From Clostridiales bacterium (GTDB lineage: Bacteria; Bacillota; Clostridia; Oscillospirales; CAG-272): a stretch of 64,000 bases of DNA. The stretch lies in assembly GCA_012837425.1 (NCBI GenBank), contig DURE01000022.1, positions 21,067 to 85,066 of the forward strand, written 5' to 3'. The notes under the pieces were generated by a model. It saw nothing but the letters and a program-made list of their open reading frames with translations. It made no database searches and was not told where the DNA came from. Both the position numbers and the translations under genes were made by a program. Below are positions 19,150 to 28,146 of this stretch, piece by piece. How positions within the stretch are numbered: the stretch's first letter is position 1; each line of letters opens with the position of its first letter.

Positions 19150-19938
19150 TCACCCCAGCGCGACGTCAAGCACCATCATAAGTGAGAAGCCGAGCGCGGT
19201 GCTTATGGTGCCTATGTTGCTGTGCTCGCCGGTCTGTGCCTGAGGAATCAGCTCCTCAACCACGACATAAATCATAGCGCCCGCCGCAAATGCGAGTATG
19301 TAGGGGAGGGCCGAGGTTATTATTGAGGTGAGCAGGAGGGTAAGAATCGCACCTGCCGGCTCGACGACGCCCGACATGAAGCCATAGACAAAAGCGCGGG
19401 TTCTTGATATTCCGCTGCCGACAAGCGGCATCGAGATTATCGCGCCCTCGGGGAGGTTTTGCAGCGCAATTCCGATGGAGAGCGCGAGTGCGCCGGCGGT
19501 TGAGATAACCGTATCACCCGAGAGCATTCCCGCGAAAACCACCCCGACGGCCATGCCCTCAGGCAGGTTGTGGAGCGCGACCGCCAGCACCAGCATCAGC
19601 GACCGGCCGGCATTTGACTGTGTGCCCTCGGGTTTGTCGGCATCGGCATGCAGGTGGGGGATTGCAATATCGAGCAGGAGCAAAAAACCTATCCCGGCCA
19701 AAAATCCGATAAGCGGGGGCAGCCATTCGGGCAGACTTCCTTTCCCCGACATCTCGATAGCCGGTATCAGCAGCGACCAGACCGAGGCCGCAATCATAAC
19801 TCCCGAGGCAAACCCGAGCAGCGCTCTGCGGGCTGTCATGCTCATTTCTTTTTTCTGAAAAAATACCGCCGCCGAGCCGAGCGTGGTCCCGACAAGGGGG
19901 ATAAAAATTCCAAGAAGAATTGTCAGCGTATCACTCAT
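19150..19938 (-). CDS. zupT: ZIP family zinc/metal transporter
   Basis: 262-aa polytopic protein with two HNLPEG-type motifs (ALHNLPEGMAVG, ALQNLPEGAI) and a C-terminal GEHSN, as in ZupT. Confidence 0.88.
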   Translation of the reverse strand: MSDTLTILLGIFIPLVGTTLGSAAVFFQKKEMSMTARRALLGFASGVMIAASVWSLLIPAIEMSGKGSLPEWLPPLIGFLAGIGFLLLLDIAIPHLHADADKPEGTQSNAGRSLMLVLAVALHNLPEGMAVGVVFAGMLSGDTVISTAGALALSIGIALQNLPEGAIISMPLVGSGISRTRAFVYGFMSGVVEPAGAILTLLLTSIITSALPYILAFAAGAMIYVVVEELIPQAQTGEHSNIGTISTALGFSLMMVLDVALG

Positions 19939-19973
19939 ATTCTCACTCCGAAAGCCTGTGGCCTTATAATATC

Positions 19974-20002
19974 ATTTTACCAACAAAGGAATAATAAATC
20001 AA
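19974..20002 (-). promoter_or_regulatory. putative sigma-A promoter for the zupT-SBP operon
   Basis: On the minus strand, TTGATT (20002-19997), 17-nt spacer, TAAAAT (19979-19974). I could not recognise a Zur box. Confidence 0.45.
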
Positions 20003-20058
20003 GCGTTTTTTATCCATCCGGGATAAAAGCAAAAACAATAAAGAAACGGAGAGCAAGA

Positions 20059-20916
20059 ATGGAACAAAAAACACTTTCCCCCGGAGCCGACCTGCGCATT
20101 TTGACCTCAAACGCCCTCTTTGACAAAACTGCCGAAGCGCGCGCCGGGCTTCTCTATGAGAACATCAGGTATTACAACCCCGACATCATCGGATTTCAGG
20201 AGATTAACGAGGTGCTGCACAAGGCTCTGATAAGCCGGCTTGAGGAGCTCGGCTATGCCATGGTCAGCGCCTGGCCCGATGAGGGTCGGCGGCGGGATTT
20301 TGAGCTTGAGTCGTTGTCGGCCAAATACCCGAGTGTCAATTATTTTCCGATTCTCTACAAAAAGAGCCGGTTTTGCGAGCTTGAGTCGGGCTTTTATATG
20401 TACCGCTCAACCTGGACCCAGACAAAGGGAGTTACATATGCCATTCTGTCCGAGAGCTCAAGCGGCAGGCGCTTTGCGCATATAAACACGCACGCGGCGG
20501 TCATAACAAGCTGGTATAAGATAGAAAACCTCACTTCCGGCCTTGGCGAGCAGTGGCGGCTTGACAACAGCAGCCAGATTTTAGAGACCAAAGCCGAGAT
20601 AATCGAAAAATACGGCGACATTCCGATATTTCTCACCGGGGATTTCAACAGCAACGAAAAATCAGCCTCGTATGCCGCATACATCGCGGGGGGATTTGAA
20701 AACTCAAAGTACAAGGCCGAGCACTCGGCCTCCCGCAATATCGGAAGCTTTCACAGAGTAGGCGAAATGCCGCCGGCAGGCGAGGACACCCTGCCAATAG
20801 ACCACATATTCGTCACGCCGGACATCAGGGTACTGGTTCACAGCATTGAGACTACTCAAAGTGTGCTCGACTCAAGCGACCACTGCATGGTGTATGCCGA
20901 TGTTTTGCTGGCATAG
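20059..20916 (+). CDS. endonuclease/exonuclease/phosphatase (EEP) family protein
   Basis: 285 aa from ATG 20059. Contains LRILTSN, GFQEINE and a C-terminal SDHCMVYADV (the SDH motif of EEP enzymes). The track ORF's 5' extension is antisense to zupT. Confidence 0.75.
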   Translation: MEQKTLSPGADLRILTSNALFDKTAEARAGLLYENIRYYNPDIIGFQEINEVLHKALISRLEELGYAMVSAWPDEGRRRDFELESLSAKYPSVNYFPILYKKSRFCELESGFYMYRSTWTQTKGVTYAILSESSSGRRFAHINTHAAVITSWYKIENLTSGLGEQWRLDNSSQILETKAEIIEKYGDIPIFLTGDFNSNEKSASYAAYIAGGFENSKYKAEHSASRNIGSFHRVGEMPPAGEDTLPIDHIFVTPDIRVLVHSIETTQSVLDSSDHCMVYADVLLA

Positions 20917-21080
20917 CCCATGGGGGTTCTGTGCTCAGACAGGCCGCAAATAATGGATTTTGCAGGGAAGGATGAAGCTGGAATTTTTCGAAACCCGGAA
21001 CATTTACAGGTTTTTGCGCGTCTTATAAAATCAGGATTTGCCGAGCCTTGACAATGAATATTTGAAAGGACGGTCTGACC

Positions 21081-24000
21081 ATGAAGCCTTTTTTCTCAAA
21101 TAAGCGATACTTTTGCCGTACCCTGTGCATTATAATATGCATGACGATGCTTTTGAGTGTGTTTTCCTCATGCAAATCAAAGCCAAACAAGGAAGATGGG
21201 TTTAGCTTCAACGGCAGCGCTTATATGACCGACGGGGTCACCGACCTGCCCGAGGCGCTCTCCGAGGTGTCGATTACGGCGACCGGCTCGCCCTCCTGCA
21301 TTATACCGACCGACGCGACCTTCAAAATAAAAACCTCGGGCAAAACCGATGTAGAAACCCTGTCGGGCTACATATCGGTAACGCCGGAGGTAAACTTCAC
21401 GGTAAGCGCGAAATCGGGGACAGAGTTTTTGCTCACCCCCCTGCCGGGCAGCCTTGAGAAGGGCAGGGTTTACCGCTTTATGGTGGGAGACCCCGAAAAC
21501 CCGGTCTACAGCTTTGCCTTTCAGACCGAGAGCGAGCTAGTTGTGCGGAGCGTGCTGCCGGCTGACCTTGCGACAGGTGTCCCGCTTGACACCGGAATTG
21601 AAATCGCCTTCACCGAGGTTGTCAGGAATGTCAAGCCCGAAAAATACATCACGGTATCCCCCGAAACCGCCGGGCGCTTTGAGTTTTACCCCGACGGCAA
21701 GACGGTGGTTTTCGTACCCGAGGAAAACCTTTCGGAGAACACGGTTTATACCGTCAGAGTGAAAAGCGGCATGAAGTCGGAGTCGGGCAAGCGGCTTGAG
21801 GTCGACTTTGAGTCAAAATTCCGCACCGGAGTGACGGTTGCAGCCCAGAATAAAAGTACAATCACAATAAATCAAAATACCGGAAAGACCATATTCGCCA
21901 CCGGCGAATACCCCACGTTTTATTACGACGTTTATTACTACTATTTCCTTAACAATGTTGAGCCGCAGCACAACGACGTGTCGGTCATGCTCTACCGCTA
22001 TTCTGATGCCAAAGAAGCGATTGAAGCAATGAAGGCATACGAGGCGGTCCGCGGCGACTACTTCCAGACCGGCGGGAGCTATATTTTCCCGACGCAGGGG
22101 CTTACAAAGGCCGGCGAATATAAAATCACGCCGGCTGTCAAAAGCCGCTACAACTCCGATTATGTGCGCCAGATGTATTTTTCGCTCCCGCAGACAGGGG
22201 CCGGGATTTATCTTATTAACTACACCGTCTCGGGTACTTGGCGCACGGAGTTTGAAAAAACTTTTCAATTGATATTTCAGGTCACCGACCTGCGCGTTCA
22301 CACCCAGAGCTGCGACGGCGGCACCCTCTTTTGGGTAAACAATCTCTCGGGCACCCCGGCGGCGGGAGCGAGCATTGAGGCTGACTGTTTTAACCGCATT
22401 GAGTCCTGGAATACCGAGGGCGGCCGGGCCGCCTACACTAATGTGTCGGGCACCACCGACGCCGACGGCCTCTGCCTTATCAGAAACGGGGAGAGAAGCG
22501 CGGCGTATGTGAAGGTGTCGGCGGGCGGCGACGAGACGATTGTAACCCTGCGCTGCGCCGAAGATATAGTTCAGAAGTATTACTGCAAATATATTTATAC
22601 CGACCGCGCGGTTTACTTTAAAAACGACACGGTAAACTATTGGGGGGTTATCACCCCCGGCGGCGAGGAAACCCTGCCGGCGCGGCTTTATGTCTATGTC
22701 GGCAGCATACCATACGGGAGTGTGGCGGTGGCGCCCGACGGCAGCTTTTCGGGCAGCCTGCCTATCGAGGACTACGCCGGGTCGGGCTATTATATCAGGT
22801 TCTGCAGGGACGACGCCACACTTGTCACCAAAAAGTATATCCGGGTGACACAGGAGGATAAGCCGGTTTACCGGGGGACTGTTGCCTTTGACAAGCTCTT
22901 TTATGAGTACGGCGACACCATAACCGCAACTCTTACCGCCTCTTTCTTTGACGGCACGCCGGCCCCGGGGCTGCAGTTTAGCGTCAAAGTACGGATAAGC
23001 GCCCCGCAGTCGACTTCGCAGAAGTTCGAAGTATTAACCGAGGCCGACGGCACGGCAAAGATTACCCTTAATAATACGAGATTTACGTCGGACTCCAGAA
23101 CATACCCGATAACCGTCTACATCGATGCCAAGCTTATAGGCTTTGAGACGACAAGACTTCGCATGTACAATTCGGTTTTGTACTTCCACAGCGACGTCCA
23201 GTTGCGCGCCGTCAGGAAGAGCGCCGACTATTCTGAGGCATACCTTAATAAAACCGACACCTCAAGGATCAAGACCGCCGCCGACCTCAATAATCTCTCA
23301 AACCTCATATACGGCGAGCCTGCCGGGGGCAGCGCGACAATAAGCCTTGTCAAGCGCGAGTTTTACAGGGCCAGCCAGGGCACCGAATATGACCCGATAA
23401 CCAAGACCACATATCATCGCTATACAACCAAGACGAGAGATACAACCATTAAAACCTACAAAGAGGATTTCAAGAACGGGATAATACGGCTCGAGCACTA
23501 CGAGGTTTCGGGCTTTGAGGGCTACTATTTCTACACGGTTGAGTATTATAATGCCAAAAACAACACCACTTTTTCTGTCAGTATAAATGCCGTTAAGAGT
23601 GCGTCTGCAAGAGGAAACGATTTCCCGATTAGTTGGTACAACTACAACTTAGGACGAAATGACTCGGCTTATTCGGTGGGCGAGCATGTAATCATAAGCT
23701 ACCAATATGACAAACAGCCGGTGACCGGCAGGGTGCTCTTTACGGTTTATGACTCAAAGGGGCTAGTACAAAAAAGGATTGTCAACGACGGGAAAATTGC
23801 ATTTACCTTTACCGAGGATATGGTGCTTTTCTGCCGGGTATATGCCGTTACGCTTGACGCAGGAGAGTATCGGGTTCAAAGCATCACGCCGACATACGAT
23901 TACGCCTCTGACAACACGTTGAACATCGAAATACTCCCCGACAAGAATATATACAAGCCCGGGGAGCGCGCGACGGTTATAATCAAAGTCTCCGATAAAA

Positions 24001-26294
24001 ACCGGCAGCCGGTCAGCGGTACGGTTCTGCTCTCGGTGGTGGATGAGGCCTGCTTTGCGCTGGGAAGAGAGCAGTATCTTAGCCCGGTGGAGGATTACTT
24101 CTCTCCGACTATTAACGGCAATTTTTACACGCCCTATTATTACAGCGTTAGCTCGTCCTATGAATATTTTTATCAGTCGAGCAGCCCGATTGTGACGGTC
24201 TGGGTTGACAGCCGCTTAAATATTTTCAATGAGGCAGGTCTGTCAGGCGGCATTAGGTCAGCGGCCGGTTCCATGGACTCGCCCGCAGAGGCGGAAATGG
24301 CGTATTATGCCTCGGAACCCGAGGTCTATATCCGCGAGGTCTTTCTGGATAACCCGGTATTCAACGCGGTAAGTATCGGGGCAGACGGCATCGCCGCGCT
24401 CAGCTTCACGGTACCCGACAACATAACCGAGTGGCGGTTCACCGCGCTGGCAACAGCCAATATCGACTCACCGCAGGCCTCGCGCCGCATGTTAGGGAGC
24501 GCGACAACAGACGTTATCTGCACGCTGCCATACTTTATCAATGTCTCGTCCGTCAGCTATTACCTTGTGGGCGATGATGTCACGGTCTCGGCCCGGTCGT
24601 CGGGCAGGGCGCTTGTCGGGGCCGGCCCGGTAAGATACAGCGCGATTATTACAGACGAGACCGGCAAGACAATCAAAACAAAGCAGGCTGAGCTGAAGCC
24701 CCAGGACACGGCATGGTTAAACTTCGGCAGCCTTCCGGCCGGCGACTACAGCGTTACCGTCACCGCCTTCTGCGGGGAATACAGCGACGGAGTAAAGCTT
24801 AGCTTCGACGTCCGGGAGAGCGGCAATGTCGTTGATATCCGCCGCGATATCACGGTTGACAAGATAAAGAGCATAAAGCCGCTGGCCTATCCGGTGACGC
24901 TTTCCTTCTATGAGTCGAGCTGCGAGCTGTATCTCAGAGCGGTCAACTTTATAAGATGGAACTATGTAATAAGCAGAAGCGACGCGCAGGCGGCCTACTA
25001 TGTCGCGCTTTCGGCCTCCGAAGCCCTGTTCGGCTCAAACCGCACCGACGGGCTGGCCGAAATCAGAGAGCGGCTCTCGGCGAACCGGGGAGGACTTGTT
25101 TCGCTGCTCGACTACAGCGAGGGCGACATCTCGCTGACCTCGAAAATCTGCGCGATTGCCCCCGAGGCACTGACAGAGCAGCTCAAAGCCAGCATAATCG
25201 GGGTGTTGCAGGCCTATTTAGGCGGCGGGGAATACCTCGACGATACCGAGCTCTGCGCCGCGCTGCTCGGGCTTGCGGCGCTCGCCGAGCCGGTGCTCGA
25301 TGTGCTCTACAATGTCGCCTCGGTCGCCGCGGCATATTCGGTCGAGGCAAAGCTCTATCTTGCGGCGGCATTTGCCTATATCGGCGACTTCCCGGCGGCA
25401 AAAGTGATTTACGCGGCGGTAAAATCCGAGTATCTATCCGAGAACGAGGCAAAAGAGCTTTATATCAGGGGAGAGGGCACAGAGGAGCAGATAAAGCTTA
25501 CCGCGCTGGCGCTTGTGGTGGCCTCAAGGCTCAACCGCACCGACGCCGAGGGGATGGTGAAATACCTGCTCGGGCATGTCTCGGGCGCCGAGTATTACGA
25601 GCTTGAGATGGCGGCCTATGTGAGGTTCTTCATGCCGACAGAGCGGGTGGAGTCAACCTTCTCGTACCGCTTCGCAGGTGGTGAGGTCCAGACCATAACC
25701 CTGAGGGCCGGCGGAGCCTATGCGCTCACACTTACCAGGCACGGCTTTGAGACGCTTGAGATTGTCGGCGCCGACCCTAATATCCGCGTCCGCGCCGCCT
25801 ACTTCGGCAGCCCGGCCGACGCGCTCGAGGGCAGAGAGCAAACCGAAACTATTAGCGTACAGAAAACCATCACCCCGTATGACGAAAAACTGGGGCTGTA
25901 TCTGGTCACTCTGAACTTTAGCGGCAAAACCGACCGGGCACATCTTTGCTTCAGCATTTCGGACAGCATTCCGACCGGCGCGAGGTTTGTATCGAGCGTC
26001 GTGTTCGATAAACCATACACGACACTGCGCAGCAGGACATCGGCCTGGCTCTACAATACCGGAGGCCAGCAGATGCGCGGTGGTATCTCGATATGGACGC
26101 CAAATAGCAAGTGGAATGACAAATTTGATGAATACACTTACTCGGGCAGCGTTTCATACCTCATCCGGGGCGCGGTGATCGGAGATTTTATTGTCGAGGA
26201 GGCGCTGATCCGCAGCAACCTCACCGGCAGTTACGCCACTACCGAGAGGATGAAGGTTACGATCAAAGAGGATAAATGGGTTATCAAGCAATGA
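21081..26294 (+). CDS. alpha-2-macroglobulin family lipoprotein with N-terminal Ig-like domains and no canonical thioester
   Basis: 1737 aa with lipobox LSVFSSC. Contains SbsA-type Ig-like repeats (VRSVLPADLATGVPLDTGIEIAFTE...YTVRVKSG) and an MG-domain-like block YKPGERATVIIKVSD. VPDNITEWRFTALA matches the human A2M VPDTITEWKAGAF block. The position aligned to GCGEQ reads SSCELY. Confidence 0.75.
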   Translation: MKPFFSNKRYFCRTLCIIICMTMLLSVFSSCKSKPNKEDGFSFNGSAYMTDGVTDLPEALSEVSITATGSPSCIIPTDATFKIKTSGKTDVETLSGYISVTPEVNFTVSAKSGTEFLLTPLPGSLEKGRVYRFMVGDPENPVYSFAFQTESELVVRSVLPADLATGVPLDTGIEIAFTEVVRNVKPEKYITVSPETAGRFEFYPDGKTVVFVPEENLSENTVYTVRVKSGMKSESGKRLEVDFESKFRTGVTVAAQNKSTITINQNTGKTIFATGEYPTFYYDVYYYYFLNNVEPQHNDVSVMLYRYSDAKEAIEAMKAYEAVRGDYFQTGGSYIFPTQGLTKAGEYKITPAVKSRYNSDYVRQMYFSLPQTGAGIYLINYTVSGTWRTEFEKTFQLIFQVTDLRVHTQSCDGGTLFWVNNLSGTPAAGASIEADCFNRIESWNTEGGRAAYTNVSGTTDADGLCLIRNGERSAAYVKVSAGGDETIVTLRCAEDIVQKYYCKYIYTDRAVYFKNDTVNYWGVITPGGEETLPARLYVYVGSIPYGSVAVAPDGSFSGSLPIEDYAGSGYYIRFCRDDATLVTKKYIRVTQEDKPVYRGTVAFDKLFYEYGDTITATLTASFFDGTPAPGLQFSVKVRISAPQSTSQKFEVLTEADGTAKITLNNTRFTSDSRTYPITVYIDAKLIGFETTRLRMYNSVLYFHSDVQLRAVRKSADYSEAYLNKTDTSRIKTAADLNNLSNLIYGEPAGGSATISLVKREFYRASQGTEYDPITKTTYHRYTTKTRDTTIKTYKEDFKNGIIRLEHYEVSGFEGYYFYTVEYYNAKNNTTFSVSINAVKSASARGNDFPISWYNYNLGRNDSAYSVGEHVIISYQYDKQPVTGRVLFTVYDSKGLVQKRIVNDGKIAFTFTEDMVLFCRVYAVTLDAGEYRVQSITPTYDYASDNTLNIEILPDKNIYKPGERATVIIKVSDKNRQPVSGTVLLSVVDEACFALGREQYLSPVEDYFSPTINGNFYTPYYYSVSSSYEYFYQSSSPIVTVWVDSRLNIFNEAGLSGGIRSAAGSMDSPAEAEMAYYASEPEVYIREVFLDNPVFNAVSIGADGIAALSFTVPDNITEWRFTALATANIDSPQASRRMLGSATTDVICTLPYFINVSSVSYYLVGDDVTVSARSSGRALVGAGPVRYSAIITDETGKTIKTKQAELKPQDTAWLNFGSLPAGDYSVTVTAFCGEYSDGVKLSFDVRESGNVVDIRRDITVDKIKSIKPLAYPVTLSFYESSCELYLRAVNFIRWNYVISRSDAQAAYYVALSASEALFGSNRTDGLAEIRERLSANRGGLVSLLDYSEGDISLTSKICAIAPEALTEQLKASIIGVLQAYLGGGEYLDDTELCAALLGLAALAEPVLDVLYNVASVAAAYSVEAKLYLAAAFAYIGDFPAAKVIYAAVKSEYLSENEAKELYIRGEGTEEQIKLTALALVVASRLNRTDAEGMVKYLLGHVSGAEYYELEMAAYVRFFMPTERVESTFSYRFAGGEVQTITLRAGGAYALTLTRHGFETLEIVGADPNIRVRAAYFGSPADALEGREQTETISVQKTITPYDEKLGLYLVTLNFSGKTDRAHLCFSISDSIPTGARFVSSVVFDKPYTTLRSRTSAWLYNTGGQQMRGGISIWTPNSKWNDKFDEYTYSGSVSYLIRGAVIGDFIVEEALIRSNLTGSYATTERMKVTIKEDKWVIKQ

Positions 26295-26314
26295 AGTAAA
26301 CTAAAGAAGCCCGG

Positions 26315-26344
26315 CCCGGCGGGGAAAGCCCCCCGCCGGGCTTT
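26315..26344 (+). terminator. GC-rich hairpin after the A2M-like gene
   Basis: CCCGGCGGGG (26315-26324) pairs with CCCCGCCGGG (26331-26340). The tail is weak (CTTT). Confidence 0.5.
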
Positions 26345-26380
26345 AGTGTGGGATAATATGGATTTGGGCGAGAAAAAAGA

Positions 26381-26409
26381 TTGACTTTTTAAATAACTTA
26401 TGCTATAAT
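26381..26409 (+). promoter_or_regulatory. near-consensus sigma-A promoter for citrate synthase
   Basis: TTGACT (26381-26386), 17-nt spacer, TATAAT (26404-26409). Confidence 0.65.
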
Positions 26410-26456
26410 ACTAAATATGCAACATATAACCGCCGACCGGAAAAAGGAGGATTTTT

Positions 26457-27830
26457 ATGGCGGGTGAGAAAAGAAACTATTCGGAGATAACACCCGAGAT
26501 AAGGAAACTGAGCGAGCTTTGCATTCGCGACGGCTATATCGAGCCGTCGATGTATCAGAAATATAACGTTTTTCGCGGGCTCCGCAATCTTGAGGGCAAG
26601 GGCGTGCTTACCGGTCTTACCGAGATATCCGAGGTGTACGCGAAAAAGGTTATGGGGGATAAGGAAATACCCTGCCGCGGCAAGCTCTATTACCGCGGGT
26701 ATGATATAGAGGACCTGGTTGCCGGGTTTATGAGCGAGAAGCGCCTTGGCTTTGAGGAGATAACCTACCTCTTGCTTTTCGGCGAGCTGCCGACCGCCAC
26801 TGAGCTTGAGGAGTTTTGCCGGATACTGGCAAGCTACCGCTCGCTGCCCACCTCTTTTGTGCGCGACCTTATCATGAAGGCGCCGAGTGAGAATGTGATG
26901 AACTCGATGGCGCGCAGCGTGCTTACTATGTATTCCTACGACCGCAATCCCGAGGACACTTCAATACAGAATGTGCTGCGGCAGTGCCTGCAGCTTATCG
27001 CCGTTTTCCCGATGCTGGCAATTTACGGCTATCAGGCATATGACTATTATATCGACGGCAGCCGGAGCTTTTTCATCCACGAACCCGACCCCTCTCTTTC
27101 AACCGCCGAGAACATACTTCACATGCTGCGTATTGACTGCAAATACACAAAGCTTGAGGCAAGTGTACTCGACCTGTCGCTGGTGCTGCATGCCGAGCAC
27201 GGCGGCGGCAACAATTCGACCTTCACAACCCGGGTGGTATCCTCATCGGGGACCGATACATACTCGGCTATCGCCGCCGCCCTAGGCTCGCTCAAAGGTC
27301 CTAAGCACGGCGGGGCGAACATCAAGGTCAGCCAGATGTTTGCAGATATAATGAAAAACGTGAAGGATTGGGAGGACTACGAGGAAATCGAGAGCTACCT
27401 GCGAAAGATACTGAACAAAGAGGCTTTTGACAGGAGCGGGCTCATTTATGGTGTCGGGCATGCTATATATTCGGTGTCAGACCCGAGAGCGACTATCTTC
27501 CGACGCTTTGTCAAAAAGCTGTCAAAAGAAAAAGGAAGGCAGGAGGAGTTTGACCTCTACGCCGCGGTCGAAAAAATCGCGCCGAAGCTGATTGCCAGCG
27601 AGCGGAAGATGTATAAAGGGGTCAGCGCCAACGTGGACTTCTTTTCGGGATATGTATATGAGATGCTCGGACTTCCTGTTGAGCTGTACACTCCTATCTT
27701 TGCAATAGCCCGGGTGTCGGGCTGGAGCGCCCACCGGCTCGAGGAGCTGATAAACGGAAGCAAAATCATCCGCCCGGCATACAAGAACGTGCACCCGAGG
27801 CGTGATTATGTGCCTATCTCGCAGCGCTGA
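26457..27830 (+). CDS. gltA: citrate synthase (citrate/2-methylcitrate synthase family)
   Basis: 457 aa with HAEHGGGNNSTF, LKGPKHGGAN, GVGHAIY and VDFFSG, the hallmark citrate synthase blocks. Confidence 0.9.
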   Translation: MAGEKRNYSEITPEIRKLSELCIRDGYIEPSMYQKYNVFRGLRNLEGKGVLTGLTEISEVYAKKVMGDKEIPCRGKLYYRGYDIEDLVAGFMSEKRLGFEEITYLLLFGELPTATELEEFCRILASYRSLPTSFVRDLIMKAPSENVMNSMARSVLTMYSYDRNPEDTSIQNVLRQCLQLIAVFPMLAIYGYQAYDYYIDGSRSFFIHEPDPSLSTAENILHMLRIDCKYTKLEASVLDLSLVLHAEHGGGNNSTFTTRVVSSSGTDTYSAIAAALGSLKGPKHGGANIKVSQMFADIMKNVKDWEDYEEIESYLRKILNKEAFDRSGLIYGVGHAIYSVSDPRATIFRRFVKKLSKEKGRQEEFDLYAAVEKIAPKLIASERKMYKGVSANVDFFSGYVYEMLGLPVELYTPIFAIARVSGWSAHRLEELINGSKIIRPAYKNVHPRRDYVPISQR

Positions 27831-27835
27831 GCTGC

Positions 27836-27927
27836 GGGACTCCGCCCCGCAGCCCGCTGGGAACACTTGCAGGGGGCCTGCCCCTGCACCCCCGCTCAAG
27901 GGGCTTTTTTGAAAAAAGCCCCTTGAG
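27836..27927. repeat. GC-rich intergenic repeat, copy A (two core units plus a 33-nt palindrome)
   Basis: Core CCGCCCCGCAGCCCGCT lies within 27836-27858, with a variant TGCCCCTGCACCCCCGCT at 27878-27896. It runs directly into the palindrome CTCAAGGGGCTTTTTTgAAAAAAGCCCCTTGAG (27895-27927). Confidence 0.7.
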
Positions 27928-28082
27928 AATCCCCAAAAACTTCCCAAACTTAATCGCTAATAAAGCAGCGCGGGAGCCCATATCCCGCGCTTTGCTGCCT
28001 GTAGCCTACTGACTGCCTTGGGGAAAGCAGCGCTCGTCCCCGGCGCGCCCGCCGGCATAGGTAATGCATGATTACTGAGCAA

Positions 28083-28135
28083 TAAAACAGCGGGGCTGAC
28101 GCAAATCAACCTGATATGCGTCAGCCCCGAATTTT
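28083..28135. terminator. bidirectional terminator downstream of pck
   Basis: GGGGCTGACGCA (28092-28103) pairs with TGCGTCAGCCCC (28117-28128). The flanks are AATAAAA on the left and GAATTTT on the right. Confidence 0.75.
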
Positions 28136-28146
28136 GCATGGAGCAA

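Noticed and set aside
19648-20058. A 137-codon 5' extension of the EEP-family ORF in the track (422 aa).
   Set aside because: The extension runs antisense through zupT and is Arg/Lys-rich nonsense. The internal ATG at 20059 has an RBS and yields a normal-length EEP protein.
24771-24782. CGEY in the A2M-like protein as a candidate thioester (CxEQ-like) site.
   Set aside because: By collinearity with human A2M this Cys falls in the MG7-like domain, well before the thioester-domain position. The position that actually aligns reads CELY (24921-24932), and neither site has the required Gln.
24956-25606. A 216-aa Arg-rich ORF, and its 89-aa antisense neighbour at 25183-25452, inside the A2M-like gene.
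   Set aside because: These are alternative-frame ORFs embedded in a long, well-supported CDS. The extreme Arg/Ala/Gly content is typical of off-frame translation of GC-rich coding DNA.
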